From a virus, in the UHGV virus genome UHGV-1558314: DNA of 64,000 bases, one strand, 5' to 3'. Below are positions 18,892 through 28,185 of this stretch, piece after piece. Both the position numbers and the translations under genes were made by a program. Position 1 is the first letter of the stretch. Every line of letters begins with the position of its first letter. The notes below the pieces were generated by a model, which made no database searches, was not told the origin of the DNA, and saw only the letters and a list, made by a program, of their open reading frames with translations.

Positions 18892-20487
18892 TCAAAGTTT
18901 GAATTTTTGCACTTTTGCATCTACTGGCATCTTTTCAGCGTCATAGATTCGTTTTCGAGCAGCAAAGTGTTGCATGTCATAATTGCAGTAGCAGTAGCCT
19001 TTGCGAAGCTTGACAAGCATATCACTGTGAATTGTAAGCTTATGTGCAATATCAATAATGATTGCTTTCTGCTTAAGTGGATGCTTACGCAACAGTCGCC
19101 CAATTGACTGCAATGTTACGTTGTCAGATTTGCCAATCATCAAGAATGCAGCATAAAACCAAGCATGCACAGATACGCCTGTAGATAATGTGCCAGTTGT
19201 TGCAATCATGATGTGTCTATCAGGCTCTGCTTCCATCATTGCAAGCATGTCTTTGCGTTCATGCAAGGGTACATCACCTCTAATGATGTGAACAACCTTG
19301 TCAACACCAGACTGCTGTATGAATGTTTGACATGCATCATAGATGTTCTGCACATGGTCTCGTCGTTTGCAAAGCACAAGAGCATTTTTGTCAAGCGAAC
19401 AAATGATTTTTGCAATGAGCTTGTTAGCATCGACGTAGTTCATGCAATGATGTTGTTCTGCTGGAAGCAGTCTTGCAGTGTTATCAAACACTTCAGGATG
19501 CTCTTCAAGATACTGCACAAATGACGCATCATATTCTGCTGAATGCTCAATGACTACTCGTTTAATTTCAAAGTCAGACACGATGTTCTTTTCGAGTGCT
19601 TGAGCTACACCAAATGTACCCAATATTGGCCCAATGTAAGATTCAATTGTCAAACGAGCTGCAGTGTGCTCAAGTGGCAATGAACCAGAAACTCCAAGAC
19701 GATAATGAGCTTTTGTGCAATGACTGAAGATTTCACGAATTGATGCTGCAGGTGCACCATGAGCTTCATCAGTTACAATGAAGTCGAACTGTTCGAAAAA
19801 ATCTGCTGGCATATTAACAAGACTTTGATATGTGCCGACAACCATATCTGCATCTTGCATCTTGTACTCATTGCGAACGCCTGAATGGATTTTGTAGAGC
19901 TTGTAGTTCTTGTTTGCTAAATCTGACTCATTTTGTTGATAGCTGACAACAATATCGTCAAATGCTTGTGACACGAGATGCACCGAGGGCACAATCATAA
20001 GTGTTTTGCCATTGATTCTCTTGCTATCTTTTAAGAAGCGACTAATTACATAAACAAGAGCTGTTTTGCCATAAGAAGTCGCAAGGCGTAAACAGCATTT
20101 CTTGAATTTGCAAGCAGTCAAAATAAACTTGAGCTGGTCGTCACGCATGTCAAATGGCATGTCAAGACATTCTGCCCATTGCTCAAGTTCTTCAAGCGAC
20201 ACAATGCGGTCAAAGTTGTCAATGAGGCCCTCAATCTTGACTTCGTATGGAATTGGCTTACGCAATTGTAAGTCCCAAATACGCTTCCATAAGCCAAATG
20301 GTAGGTATATGCCATTAAACACATAGCAAATTTGCCCATTCCAATCTGTTTTGCGCCCTTTGCGCTTATTGACTGCTGCTGCAACAAAGTTTGGCACTTC
20401 TGCAGTAGCTTCAGCGTATAATTGCTTGGCTTCCAAATCATTTGCTTCGACAATCTGAAGCAAATCACCTATGACTTTGAGTCTCAT
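18892..20487 (-). CDS. superfamily-2 DEAH-box DNA helicase
   Basis: Motif I TSYGKTAL, motif II IVTDEAHGAPA, motif VI-like QSIGRLLR. Confidence 0.8.
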   Translation of the reverse strand: MRLKVIGDLLQIVEANDLEAKQLYAEATAEVPNFVAAAVNKRKGRKTDWNGQICYVFNGIYLPFGLWKRIWDLQLRKPIPYEVKIEGLIDNFDRIVSLEELEQWAECLDMPFDMRDDQLKFILTACKFKKCCLRLATSYGKTALVYVISRFLKDSKRINGKTLMIVPSVHLVSQAFDDIVVSYQQNESDLANKNYKLYKIHSGVRNEYKMQDADMVVGTYQSLVNMPADFFEQFDFIVTDEAHGAPAASIREIFSHCTKAHYRLGVSGSLPLEHTAARLTIESYIGPILGTFGVAQALEKNIVSDFEIKRVVIEHSAEYDASFVQYLEEHPEVFDNTARLLPAEQHHCMNYVDANKLIAKIICSLDKNALVLCKRRDHVQNIYDACQTFIQQSGVDKVVHIIRGDVPLHERKDMLAMMEAEPDRHIMIATTGTLSTGVSVHAWFYAAFLMIGKSDNVTLQSIGRLLRKHPLKQKAIIIDIAHKLTIHSDMLVKLRKGYCYCNYDMQHFAARKRIYDAEKMPVDAKVQKFKL

Positions 20488-20567
20488 GACATGACTTGTT
20501 AAATGAAAAGAGGCTCAGACAAACAATGTCTGTCTGAGCCTCGAGCATCTTTGATGCGCTTGTACTG

Positions 20568-21701
20568 CTACTTGAGCCCATTGATGAATGCTTCAGTTTC
20601 AGCATCCATCGTTGCTGCTGCAGGTGCTGCTGCTGGAGCTGCTGCAGGTGCAGGCTCTGCTGCAGGTGCTGAAGCTGCTGCAAACGGGTCAATAGCTGTC
20701 TGAGCTGCTGGTGCAGTAGCAGGCGCAGCTGCCGGAGCTGCTGCAGGTGCAGGCTGAGTAGTCTGTGCCTGCTGAGCTGCTGACGAATTGATGACAATGT
20801 CAGGCCAGATATCCGACACATCCTTGTAGTTAGCAAGGCGCATCTTAACCTGACGCTTGATGTCATCAGAAGCTTCGTGGTAGCCCCACTCCTTTTCGAC
20901 ATTCGGGTACTCCTTGAGCATGTCGACAATCTGCTGCATGATTTGCTGCTTGTATGCAGGGTCAGTGTCATACTTCGCCTGGTCAACAAGGCTGCCATCT
21001 GCAAGCAGCATCGACGATACGTTGGGCGAAATCGTCGAAGTCTCGTAGTCACGCATTTCAACGCCATTGACGTCTTTAAGCGTAATCTTCAAGAGAATGT
21101 CGTGGCCCTTAACAGGATGGAACATGTCCATAGGCTGAGCGCCCATTTGGATGTCTTCGTCGGTCGGCTTCATTGAGCTCAGCATTCTTTTATACAATGC
21201 AGCAGGGAGTCGATATGGGAGTACTTTCCCAACGTTCTCAGGGTGCACTGAATCAGCTTTGATTTGCACGAGGCAAGTGTACTGACTCTGCATACTGAAC
21301 TCTCGCTTTGCAAGCGCTTCCTGCTGAGCATCCTTGGTATTGATGAGTTCCCAGTAGAACGCCGAAATGGGGCACCAACCGTAGGGTTTCATCAAATTTT
21401 CCGGATTTTCAGGATGCGGATTAGGCGAGCTCGGCGAATTGTAGCGGAAGCCCTGATTATGGCCAGTTGCAAACCAGTAATAACGAACGATTGAAATCGG
21501 TACTGCTGGGTCTGCTAAATTCGGCAATACGCGAATAACTGCACGATAAACTTTGTCCTTTGGCGAATCCTGCGGCTTAGGATTGAAGAACTCAGGTCCT
21601 GCAGAACGTTCCGGCTTAGCAAAGCTTGCTACATTGTCCGGCTGGACATCAAAGATTGACAGCGGCTGATTACCGGTCTGTCCATTTTCAATTTGTGACA
21701 T
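20568..21701 (-). CDS. hypothetical protein with C-terminal Ala/Pro-rich low-complexity tail
   Basis: Canonical ATG at 21701; C-terminus APAAAPAAAPATAPAA...APAAEPAPAAAPAAAPAAA encoded by GCTGCTGCAGGTGC-type nucleotide repeats. Confidence 0.5.
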   Translation of the reverse strand: MSQIENGQTGNQPLSIFDVQPDNVASFAKPERSAGPEFFNPKPQDSPKDKVYRAVIRVLPNLADPAVPISIVRYYWFATGHNQGFRYNSPSSPNPHPENPENLMKPYGWCPISAFYWELINTKDAQQEALAKREFSMQSQYTCLVQIKADSVHPENVGKVLPYRLPAALYKRMLSSMKPTDEDIQMGAQPMDMFHPVKGHDILLKITLKDVNGVEMRDYETSTISPNVSSMLLADGSLVDQAKYDTDPAYKQQIMQQIVDMLKEYPNVEKEWGYHEASDDIKRQVKMRLANYKDVSDIWPDIVINSSAAQQAQTTQPAPAAAPAAAPATAPAAQTAIDPFAAASAPAAEPAPAAAPAAAPAAATMDAETEAFINGLK

Positions 21702-21787
21702 CGCAATAAATTTTTAGAAAGTTTAACAAAAAGTTTGAAATGAACTCTTCAGAAAATCTTCAGAAGTTTATTTGTTATTTGTATATG

Positions 21788-21838
21788 TATTGTGCAACAT
21801 GCATATTCATATTGTATATGAATATGATACAACATGCG
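21788..21838 (-). promoter_or_regulatory. motif variant with 10-bp inverted repeat, upstream of gene 20568..21701
   Basis: tattgtgcaacatgc...atattcatat-tgt-atatgaatat...gatacaacatgcg. Confidence 0.4.
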
Positions 21839-21852
21839 AATATCATTTGCAC

Positions 21853-22989
21853 TTATCTTGCATGACCGCAATCGTACACTGCAACATAACCAGCATCAAT
21901 CATAGTCTGTTCATCTTGACCACAGTCTTCAATGTGCTCTTTTGTCTTCAAATGACACCAGTGCTTACGAATTGTTGACTTGTCATCTGACAGTTGCGGA
22001 TTGAGCACAAAATCAGTTGAGTCTACTTGTTCACCTGCAAGATGCTTTCTAATGGCGTCAATGACTTCGTTGTCATCCATCCATTCGAATATTGTAATGC
22101 AAGTGTAGCCATGTTTGAGAGCAAGTTGAGCTTTGTCGAAGTGGTAGAATTTGCCAACTGGCTTATTGTGTTTTGTGCGCCCAGTTAAATATGCAAAGCC
22201 ATATGTTGCATTGTGTGACCAAAGAGGATTAACTTCAATCAAAAGTTTGCAGTGTTCATTACAATAATCAAGGTCATATGACCATCGTCCAAGATTGACA
22301 TTATCAAGCCCGCAATCAATACCAAGTTCTTGCAGCAATTTGTCATGCCACCAATGGTTTGTTTGCGATTTTATATGACCTTGAGCATTACGGCATTTAG
22401 TAGTCATACAAAACCATGGCACACCATGTCGTTCCATATTGACTTCTTGAACGCGTTCAAGATTGCCGCTCTTATTGCCATAACGTTGCTGTTTTGTTTG
22501 CAATGCAGCATCAATATTGCCCCATGCATTGCCATATCGTTTTACAACAGTTTGTCTACGTTTTTCAACATCACAGCACTTATTGCCATATTTACGCAAT
22601 TTAGTGTCAAATGCTTTTTGTGTATTGCCTACGCCACGTTTGACCCATTTGCGCTCTTTGCCTTGTTGACATCGTTCTTGGTTACCCCATGTGCTGCCAT
22701 ATCGTTCTAAATTTGTTTGTCTACGTTTTTCAACATTGCCTGCTTTGCATCCATATCGTGCTAAATTTGTTTGTTGTTGTTTAGCTACGCAATCTTTGTT
22801 ACGTGCAGGAAATTCAACGCCTAATGAACGTAGACAGCCAATTCTACGATTATAATTACGTTTAATATTGCCGTGTGATGTTTTACAAGGCCCATATCTT
22901 ACAAACTCAGTTGTTCTCAACAACTCATCTCGCTCTTGCTCAAGCTCTGCAATGCGCTTCTCAAGAGCTTCACCAGTTAGTGGCGTCAT
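21853..22989 (-). CDS. homing-endonuclease-like protein: tandem ~20-aa RYG-x4-GN repeats plus Vsr/DUF559-like (PD-(D/E)xK) nuclease domain; paralog of 63182..63886
   Basis: About 7 repeats (NLARYGCKAGN, LERYGSTWGN, LRKYGNKCCD, VKRYGNAWGN, QQRYGNKSGN, MERHGVPW); C-terminal DLDY...KLLIEVNPLWSHN...LALKHGYTCITIFEW. Confidence 0.5.
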   Translation of the reverse strand: MTPLTGEALEKRIAELEQERDELLRTTEFVRYGPCKTSHGNIKRNYNRRIGCLRSLGVEFPARNKDCVAKQQQTNLARYGCKAGNVEKRRQTNLERYGSTWGNQERCQQGKERKWVKRGVGNTQKAFDTKLRKYGNKCCDVEKRRQTVVKRYGNAWGNIDAALQTKQQRYGNKSGNLERVQEVNMERHGVPWFCMTTKCRNAQGHIKSQTNHWWHDKLLQELGIDCGLDNVNLGRWSYDLDYCNEHCKLLIEVNPLWSHNATYGFAYLTGRTKHNKPVGKFYHFDKAQLALKHGYTCITIFEWMDDNEVIDAIRKHLAGEQVDSTDFVLNPQLSDDKSTIRKHWCHLKTKEHIEDCGQDEQTMIDAGYVAVYDCGHAR

Positions 22990-23741
22990 TTCACTTCAGG
23001 TTTTGCTTGCTTGGCCAACTCAGCTTCAGCATTGAACTCTTTGCCCTCAGCTTTCATTGTTTCAGCATAAGTCTTTTCATCAGTGTAACGTTCTACGTCA
23101 TCACCAAGCAGTTTTGCAACTTCATCATCTGCTTCAAACAATGGCTGTGGATTGTCATCATTGTCATCTTTGAGTTGCTCAAATGTGCTGTTATGCTTTT
23201 CTGCAATTTTGATGAGGTCAACGATTGAACGAGTTACGAGTTCACCATTGATGCCTGACTGTTGTTCAGATTGACCAGAGCCTTGTTGCAATTCTGCTTG
23301 AGTTGCTCGAACATTATTATTGAGTGATGCAAGTACATTGGGAAGAGTTCGACAATATGATATATACTGCTGAACCAACGACATTGCATCATTCTGCAGT
23401 TTGATGAGAAATGCAAACTCACCCATGCCTCCGCCTTGTGCATCAATGCGCTCGAATACTGAATCAAGTGCATGCATTGCATAGAACACTTGTTTGCAAA
23501 GTAAATTGATGTTTGTCTTCTCCATCTCGATTGATGCATCGATAAACGGTGACTTAACATCTGCTGCTATGCACAATTTGCGAACTTCGTCAACATATTT
23601 TGAACACTTGTCAAGTGTCTTGTCAAGTTTGCTTCGGTCAAACTGCTTGTAAACTTCTAATGCATCGCTTACTTCTGCAGCATCCAATATTGCATTTGCT
23701 GCAGCCAATTCTGATTCTCTGCTCATCTCAAAATGGTCCAA
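22986..23741 (-). CDS. hypothetical acidic protein
   Basis: 251-aa ORF. Confidence 0.45.
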   Translation of the reverse strand: MDHFEMSRESELAAANAILDAAEVSDALEVYKQFDRSKLDKTLDKCSKYVDEVRKLCIAADVKSPFIDASIEMEKTNINLLCKQVFYAMHALDSVFERIDAQGGGMGEFAFLIKLQNDAMSLVQQYISYCRTLPNVLASLNNNVRATQAELQQGSGQSEQQSGINGELVTRSIVDLIKIAEKHNSTFEQLKDDNDDNPQPLFEADDEVAKLLGDDVERYTDEKTYAETMKAEGKEFNAEAELAKQAKPEVK

Positions 23742-24337
23742 GCTTCAATGATTGCTGAAAAATCTTCAAAGGGCATTGTAGTGTAGCCGGAATCACCCCA
23801 AGATATACCCCAGCTATTCTTGATGATGAATGAGTCTTTTGTATAGCCGACAATTGACACTGCATGACCACCAAAATTGCCATCGCCTTTCCAAAAATGC
23901 TCAGCATCAATGTCTTTTACGAGCATACCAACAAAGACAGGCCCATTTGCTACAACAGCAGATTTGATTTCATCAATTGTGTAGCAACGTCTGTATGCAG
24001 TTATTGGCAATTGCTCTGAGCCCTTTGACATTTTGATTGGCTGTGCTTTGAGTAGCTTAAAGACGTCACGTGGAATCATGCCCTCTTGAGGCTTATTTGA
24101 ACGACGCTCATACAATGCTTTGATGTCAAGCTTGCCTTGCATAGACAGCACAGAAGACCACCAGTCAATCATTGTTGCTGCTGTGTAAGCTGCACACATT
24201 GATGTACTGCCTTGGTCTTCTACTTGAAGCTGAGCAAGCTTATATGCAAGTGGCAAGTCGGTTTTTGCGTCAAAGCGCAAGTCTCTGTCATCTTGTGGTG
24301 ACTGGATGTAGCCCAGTCCATATGTCATCTGTTTCAT
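23723..24337 (-). CDS. papain-family (C1A) cysteine peptidase
   Basis: Catalytic motifs QGSTSMCAAY (Q...C), GGHAVSIVGY (His), IKNSWGISWGDSGY (Asn-Ser-Trp), matching the papain QGSCGSCWAF / HAVAAVGY / NSWGTGWGENGY pattern. Confidence 0.8.
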   Translation of the reverse strand: MKQMTYGLGYIQSPQDDRDLRFDAKTDLPLAYKLAQLQVEDQGSTSMCAAYTAATMIDWWSSVLSMQGKLDIKALYERRSNKPQEGMIPRDVFKLLKAQPIKMSKGSEQLPITAYRRCYTIDEIKSAVVANGPVFVGMLVKDIDAEHFWKGDGNFGGHAVSIVGYTKDSFIIKNSWGISWGDSGYTTMPFEDFSAIIEAWTILR

Positions 24338-24352
24338 ATCAGATAGTGTATA

Positions 24353-24649
24353 TCATTGTTCATGCCAGTGTCCTGTCAAGTCAAACATTGCTTCACGTTG
24401 TGCCTTTGTGCATTTTGCAATGTCGTCAATAATCCAACGCGGAGTGCTTCCCCAGTTGCAATATCGAATATAGCCTAATTGCTCAAGTTCTGCAACTGGG
24501 TCATACGCAAGACTAATTGGCATATTGTATGCATCAAACAGTTCTGGTTTGAGCTTTTGCAACAATATGTCAGCAGTTTTGTTATGTTCAGCAAAGCCAC
24601 AGTAGGTGACTTGACCTGATGAGCTTAACCAGCAAGATTGCATTGTCAT
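24353..24649 (-). CDS. hypothetical protein
   Basis: 98-aa ORF. Confidence 0.4.
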   Translation of the reverse strand: MTMQSCWLSSSGQVTYCGFAEHNKTADILLQKLKPELFDAYNMPISLAYDPVAELEQLGYIRYCNWGSTPRWIIDDIAKCTKAQREAMFDLTGHWHEQ

Positions 24650-25008
24650 TCATTTGGTTGAGGCTCAATTCGCATCACTACACGCACAGAATCTCTATAA
24701 GGATAAACTGACGCAACAATCAAATACCAACGTTTGTCGTCGACTTCGCCATTTGACTTGATGTATGGCGCAGAAGTAGTAATGTATCGAGCATGTTTGA
24801 ATGTCGTATCTACTCTTGCAGCAAGACAGGTAGAATCAGTCGTTTGAGCATGCCACACATCAATTTCTGGTAAATACGTGTTATGAGCATTGCATACACT
24901 ATCAACAAATTCTCGTGGTTGCAAAGTGACAGTTGACACATATATTGGCTTAACTGCAGCGCATGCAATGCATGCAATTGCAATGAACAACAATGTAAAT
25001 CGTTTCAT
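24646..25008 (-). CDS. putative secreted protein or lipoprotein
   Basis: N-terminal signal-like MKRFTLLFIAIACIACAAV. Confidence 0.4.
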   Translation of the reverse strand: MKRFTLLFIAIACIACAAVKPIYVSTVTLQPREFVDSVCNAHNTYLPEIDVWHAQTTDSTCLAARVDTTFKHARYITTSAPYIKSNGEVDDKRWYLIVASVYPYRDSVRVVMRIEPQPNE

Positions 25009-25012
25009 ATTC

Positions 25013-25282
25013 TTAGACGTTTTGTAGTTCTACAATATCATATCGCTTATGCAATTCAGACCAGTCACGAACGTAGCCTGTCATAAAGACATGCAACATG
25101 TATGGCTTGCTGTCAACATACTTGACTGCACCTGCAGCATCTTTGATTTGCTTGGCAGTTAGCCAAACTTCTGCGTTGTTACTTGTGTATACGCAATGAT
25201 ACACAGGCTCTGACAATTCAGTCACTGTGATTTTCTTGCCATTGCGCAATATGCATCGTACTTGTTTGCCCATTGCTTGCAA
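25013..25282 (-). CDS. hypothetical small protein, paralog of 25616..25912
   Basis: Shared pattern ITELxxPVxxC...YLT...H...GYVRxWxEL. Confidence 0.45.
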   Translation of the reverse strand: MQAMGKQVRCILRNGKKITVTELSEPVYHCVYTSNNAEVWLTAKQIKDAAGAVKYVDSKPYMLHVFMTGYVRDWSELHKRYDIVELQNV

Positions 25283-25322
25283 TTTATGATATTGTTAAGA
25301 TATCTACAAAAAGCAATGCACT

Positions 25323-25619
25323 CTACAAAAAGCAATGCACCATAAAACCCAAGAACATAATTATTGCAGGCTGCATGATGCAATACATAAAGAACTGTGC
25401 AGCAATCGGCAATTCATTGAACTTGTTGACTGTGTCATGATTCTTGAACAATGCCAGTACAAATGATATCCCAATTGCATGCTTAAGCGATAACGCAGTC
25501 AATGCGGGCCACACAGGCATCACAAACCACTCCCAGAAGTTCATAATAATGCAGCCATTCAGAATATAGCCTAACAGCATGAACATAATGCATGCAACAG
25601 TTGTCAGAAAGTTTTTCAT
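25323..25619 (-). CDS. small membrane protein (holin-like topology; speculative)
   Basis: 98 aa, about three hydrophobic helices. Confidence 0.4.
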   Translation of the reverse strand: MKNFLTTVACIMFMLLGYILNGCIIMNFWEWFVMPVWPALTALSLKHAIGISFVLALFKNHDTVNKFNELPIAAQFFMYCIMQPAIIMFLGFMVHCFL

Positions 25620-25912
25620 ATACGCTCAAGTTTTATGATGTCAGTTCTTAATGATTTGTATACAGCAAATAATTCAGTCCAGCCTCGTACATAACCAACG
25701 CCAATTACATGCAATGCATGTGCATCTGGTTTTGTATGGCAATGTCTTGCATGAGGCTGCTGTTCAAGTTCTGCTTGTGTAAGATAGACCTTTGATGTGT
25801 CATCATACACAAAACATGGAAATACTGGCTGTGCAAGTTCTGTTATGTCAATGTCTTGACCATTAGATAGCTTTGCAAGATATAATGTATTGGATTGCAT
25901 ATTAGCTTGCAT
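25616..25912 (-). CDS. hypothetical small protein, paralog of 25013..25282
   Basis: See 25013..25282. Confidence 0.45.
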   Translation of the reverse strand: MQANMQSNTLYLAKLSNGQDIDITELAQPVFPCFVYDDTSKVYLTQAELEQQPHARHCHTKPDAHALHVIGVGYVRGWTELFAVYKSLRTDIIKLERI

Positions 25913-25913
25913 A

Positions 25914-26837
25914 TTACATTGAGATGTTAAGAATTCGCTTGACTACAGAATCGATATCATTGTTTGCAGCATTGCACAGTTCCATGCGAACATTAGAATC
26001 AATGAACAAGTTATGAAACGTTGACGCAGCTTGAACAAGATGACACCAGATTGCTCGTCTACACATTGCAAGTTCTCTGTCAGCTTTGCTGCATTGCATG
26101 AGATACGAGTTTGCTCTATCACTGTAATATGACTGAGCATACTTGCATTGACGTTCAGCGTCATTTACAATGTACATGTATGGAGTCTTGACGTCAAAGT
26201 AAATTTTGCAATACAATGACTTGTCATCAATTGCAAAGTCATCAATATTGACAGTCAAATCTGTCATTGCATACGTCAAACCTCTGTCATGCAAATATGC
26301 AAACATTGCAGTATAGCATTGATGCAATGTAGCAATCAATTCACATTTGTCAGTTGACTGAACAACTTTGTATGCTGCTTTGATTGCCTTTGCATATATG
26401 AGCTGCAAACACAGCTCTTTGCGACGCAATGCTTTGCGTTCAAATTGTCGCTCATATTTGATGTGCTTACGTATGCGTTTGCGTTCTGTAAGCAATTTCG
26501 ACAAGTCAATACGAATGTATTTTGATACATTTGTAACAGCGGTGTCAATACTGTGCCACTGTTCAATGTCGTCAATGTCAAGTTCATGCGCAAGTGAATG
26601 TGACACTCTGCCGTACATGTATAAGACTTTGCAGTTGTCATCGCATAATGCATACATACACCATGATGACAGTTCAATGTCATGCTCAAATGTGGCAAAA
26701 TCAACTTCTACTGCAATATTTGCGTTTGTGCATATGCATTTTTGAATGTCAATGTCACTTAAGTACCACTTGAAAAATGAATCGACTTCTGCAGAATGTT
26801 GACTTATGATGCGCTTGAACAGCTTGTTCGATTTCAT
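25914..26837 (-). CDS. hypothetical protein
   Basis: 307-aa ORF. Confidence 0.45.
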   Translation of the reverse strand: MKSNKLFKRIISQHSAEVDSFFKWYLSDIDIQKCICTNANIAVEVDFATFEHDIELSSWCMYALCDDNCKVLYMYGRVSHSLAHELDIDDIEQWHSIDTAVTNVSKYIRIDLSKLLTERKRIRKHIKYERQFERKALRRKELCLQLIYAKAIKAAYKVVQSTDKCELIATLHQCYTAMFAYLHDRGLTYAMTDLTVNIDDFAIDDKSLYCKIYFDVKTPYMYIVNDAERQCKYAQSYYSDRANSYLMQCSKADRELAMCRRAIWCHLVQAASTFHNLFIDSNVRMELCNAANNDIDSVVKRILNISM

Positions 26838-27124
26838 GCTCGTATAAGTTTGATGACACAGTGCCTACAAGTAGCAAAAGTACTCAATATTGTTTCTACT
26901 TTGACACTGTACTGCACATCAATGACACGATATGTGCCACACAATGCAGACATTTCTTGACGACGTTCTGCAGGTACATTGACACTGTCTGTCAAATTGA
27001 TGATTGCACCAATCTGCATAGATGACATGACTGCAAATTGTTCTGGACCTACTTCTGCTTTGCGATATGCGACTTGTTTGTTGTTTTCGCAAATACTGAA
27101 TGCTACTGTATAATCTGGTGTCAT
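26834..27124 (-). CDS. hypothetical protein
   Basis: 96-aa ORF. Confidence 0.4.
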   Translation of the reverse strand: MTPDYTVAFSICENNKQVAYRKAEVGPEQFAVMSSMQIGAIINLTDSVNVPAERRQEMSALCGTYRVIDVQYSVKVETILSTFATCRHCVIKLIRA

Positions 27125-27136
27125 GATAGTCGCGTT

Positions 27137-27616
27137 TTATTCATTATCGTCATCATATCCCATGCAATCTTCAAGACTTGCAAAGTCATCATCAAAGTCA
27201 TCGAATTCAGGCTCTTTATTGCACCATTTGTAAGGTGGATTGTTGAGCAATTCAAGCTCTATTGCATTTGACTGTGCAGAAATCGGAACATATTCGAATG
27301 CTTCGACTGACATATCAAATTTGATGCAATGCAGCCACGGAAACATATCAGTGTCCTCATGCACAATGGGCTGACGAACGTAGTCTTTCATTGCAATGAA
27401 CTTGCTGCTGTTGTCCCAGTCTTCAATAGGAATTTCAAACTGTGATATGGTCGTATGACAATCGTCAAAGAAATTGCAGGATACGCCTACAATAACGTGC
27501 GTGTCTGTACGTTGACGTTCTATTGCAAGAAAGTCGTGTTTCTTGGAAAGATGAACTTCTCCATGCTTCTCTAAAAAGATTTTAAGAAGCTCTTTGTTAA
27601 TGTCATTGATATTCAT
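27137..27616 (-). CDS. hypothetical acidic protein
   Basis: 159-aa ORF with Asp/Glu-rich C-terminus. Confidence 0.4.
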   Translation of the reverse strand: MNINDINKELLKIFLEKHGEVHLSKKHDFLAIERQRTDTHVIVGVSCNFFDDCHTTISQFEIPIEDWDNSSKFIAMKDYVRQPIVHEDTDMFPWLHCIKFDMSVEAFEYVPISAQSNAIELELLNNPPYKWCNKEPEFDDFDDDFASLEDCMGYDDDNE

Positions 27617-27638
27617 TGCTGTAGAGATTTTATGATGT

Positions 27639-27950
27639 TTAATACTGAGTTTTTGCAGATATAGCTACTTTAATTGCTGCTTTAATTTGTTCGATTGCAT
27701 CTTGTGAGAACAATTCTGGCACTGCTAAATAGTGATACCATGATGTTGGCGCTGCCTGCATATCAGTTCGTTTAATTGCGAACCGAAGTTCTTTTGGTGA
27801 ACCAAGGCAACCCATATATTGGCAGCTTATTAGCTTAACTTGCACATTGTTAATGCTGCTATGAATAGCAAGATGAGACAGATTTATTCTGTCATAGAAT
27901 TTTAGATGCTTGAGTTGTTTTTCAATTGCTTTGAATGCGTTTGTATTCAT
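27639..27950 (-). CDS. hypothetical protein
   Basis: 103-aa ORF; last minus-strand gene before the plus-strand cassette. Confidence 0.4.
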   Translation of the reverse strand: MNTNAFKAIEKQLKHLKFYDRINLSHLAIHSSINNVQVKLISCQYMGCLGSPKELRFAIKRTDMQAAPTSWYHYLAVPELFSQDAIEQIKAAIKVAISAKTQY

Positions 27951-28015
27951 TGTTGTAGAGGTTTGTATACTATATTGATATATGATAATTGTACTACAAA
28001 TTTATCAAATTTGCA

Positions 28016-28133
28016 CTGATTTAATATATAATATGTCAATAAATTTCACATATAAAGTCTTTTCGCTTATGAAAACTACTCAACTCTGGTTTGAACGCCA
28101 GCAGTCAATCGCGGGGGGGCTCTTCGTGACACA
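28016..28133 (+). repeat. promoter/leader module, copy A (inverted partner at 31048..31160)
   Basis: About 113-118 bp near-identical to the reverse complement of 31048..31160, with 2-3 mismatches/indels by eye in the upstream part; contains ATG 28069 and G7 tract. Confidence 0.8.
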
Positions 28134-28185
28134 GGCATGCGCATATACGTGCGTGACAATGCTGATAACATTGTTAATGGGCTAA
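28069..28185 (+). CDS. leader ORF (MKTTQLWFERQQSIAGG...) containing a G7 tract; overlaps 28137..28769 in the -1 frame
   Basis: ATG 28069; G7 at 28113-28119; stop at 28185. The frame of 28137..28769 is open from 28095 (TPAVNRGGALRDTGMRIY...). Confidence 0.4.
   Translation: MKTTQLWFERQQSIAGGLFVTQACAYTCVTMLITLLMG

Noticed and set aside
28113-28119. Reading the G7 run as a Shine-Dalgarno-like site for ATG 28137
   Set aside because: Spacing to the ATG is ~17 nt in copy 1 and ~80 nt in copy 3, too long for ribosome-binding-site function; conservation of the whole leader ORF fits the frame-junction interpretation better.
27982-28185. ORF-track start at 27982 for the leader ORF
   Set aside because: The first 29 codons lie in AT-rich sequence outside the conserved module; the conserved ATG at 28069 is the plausible start.
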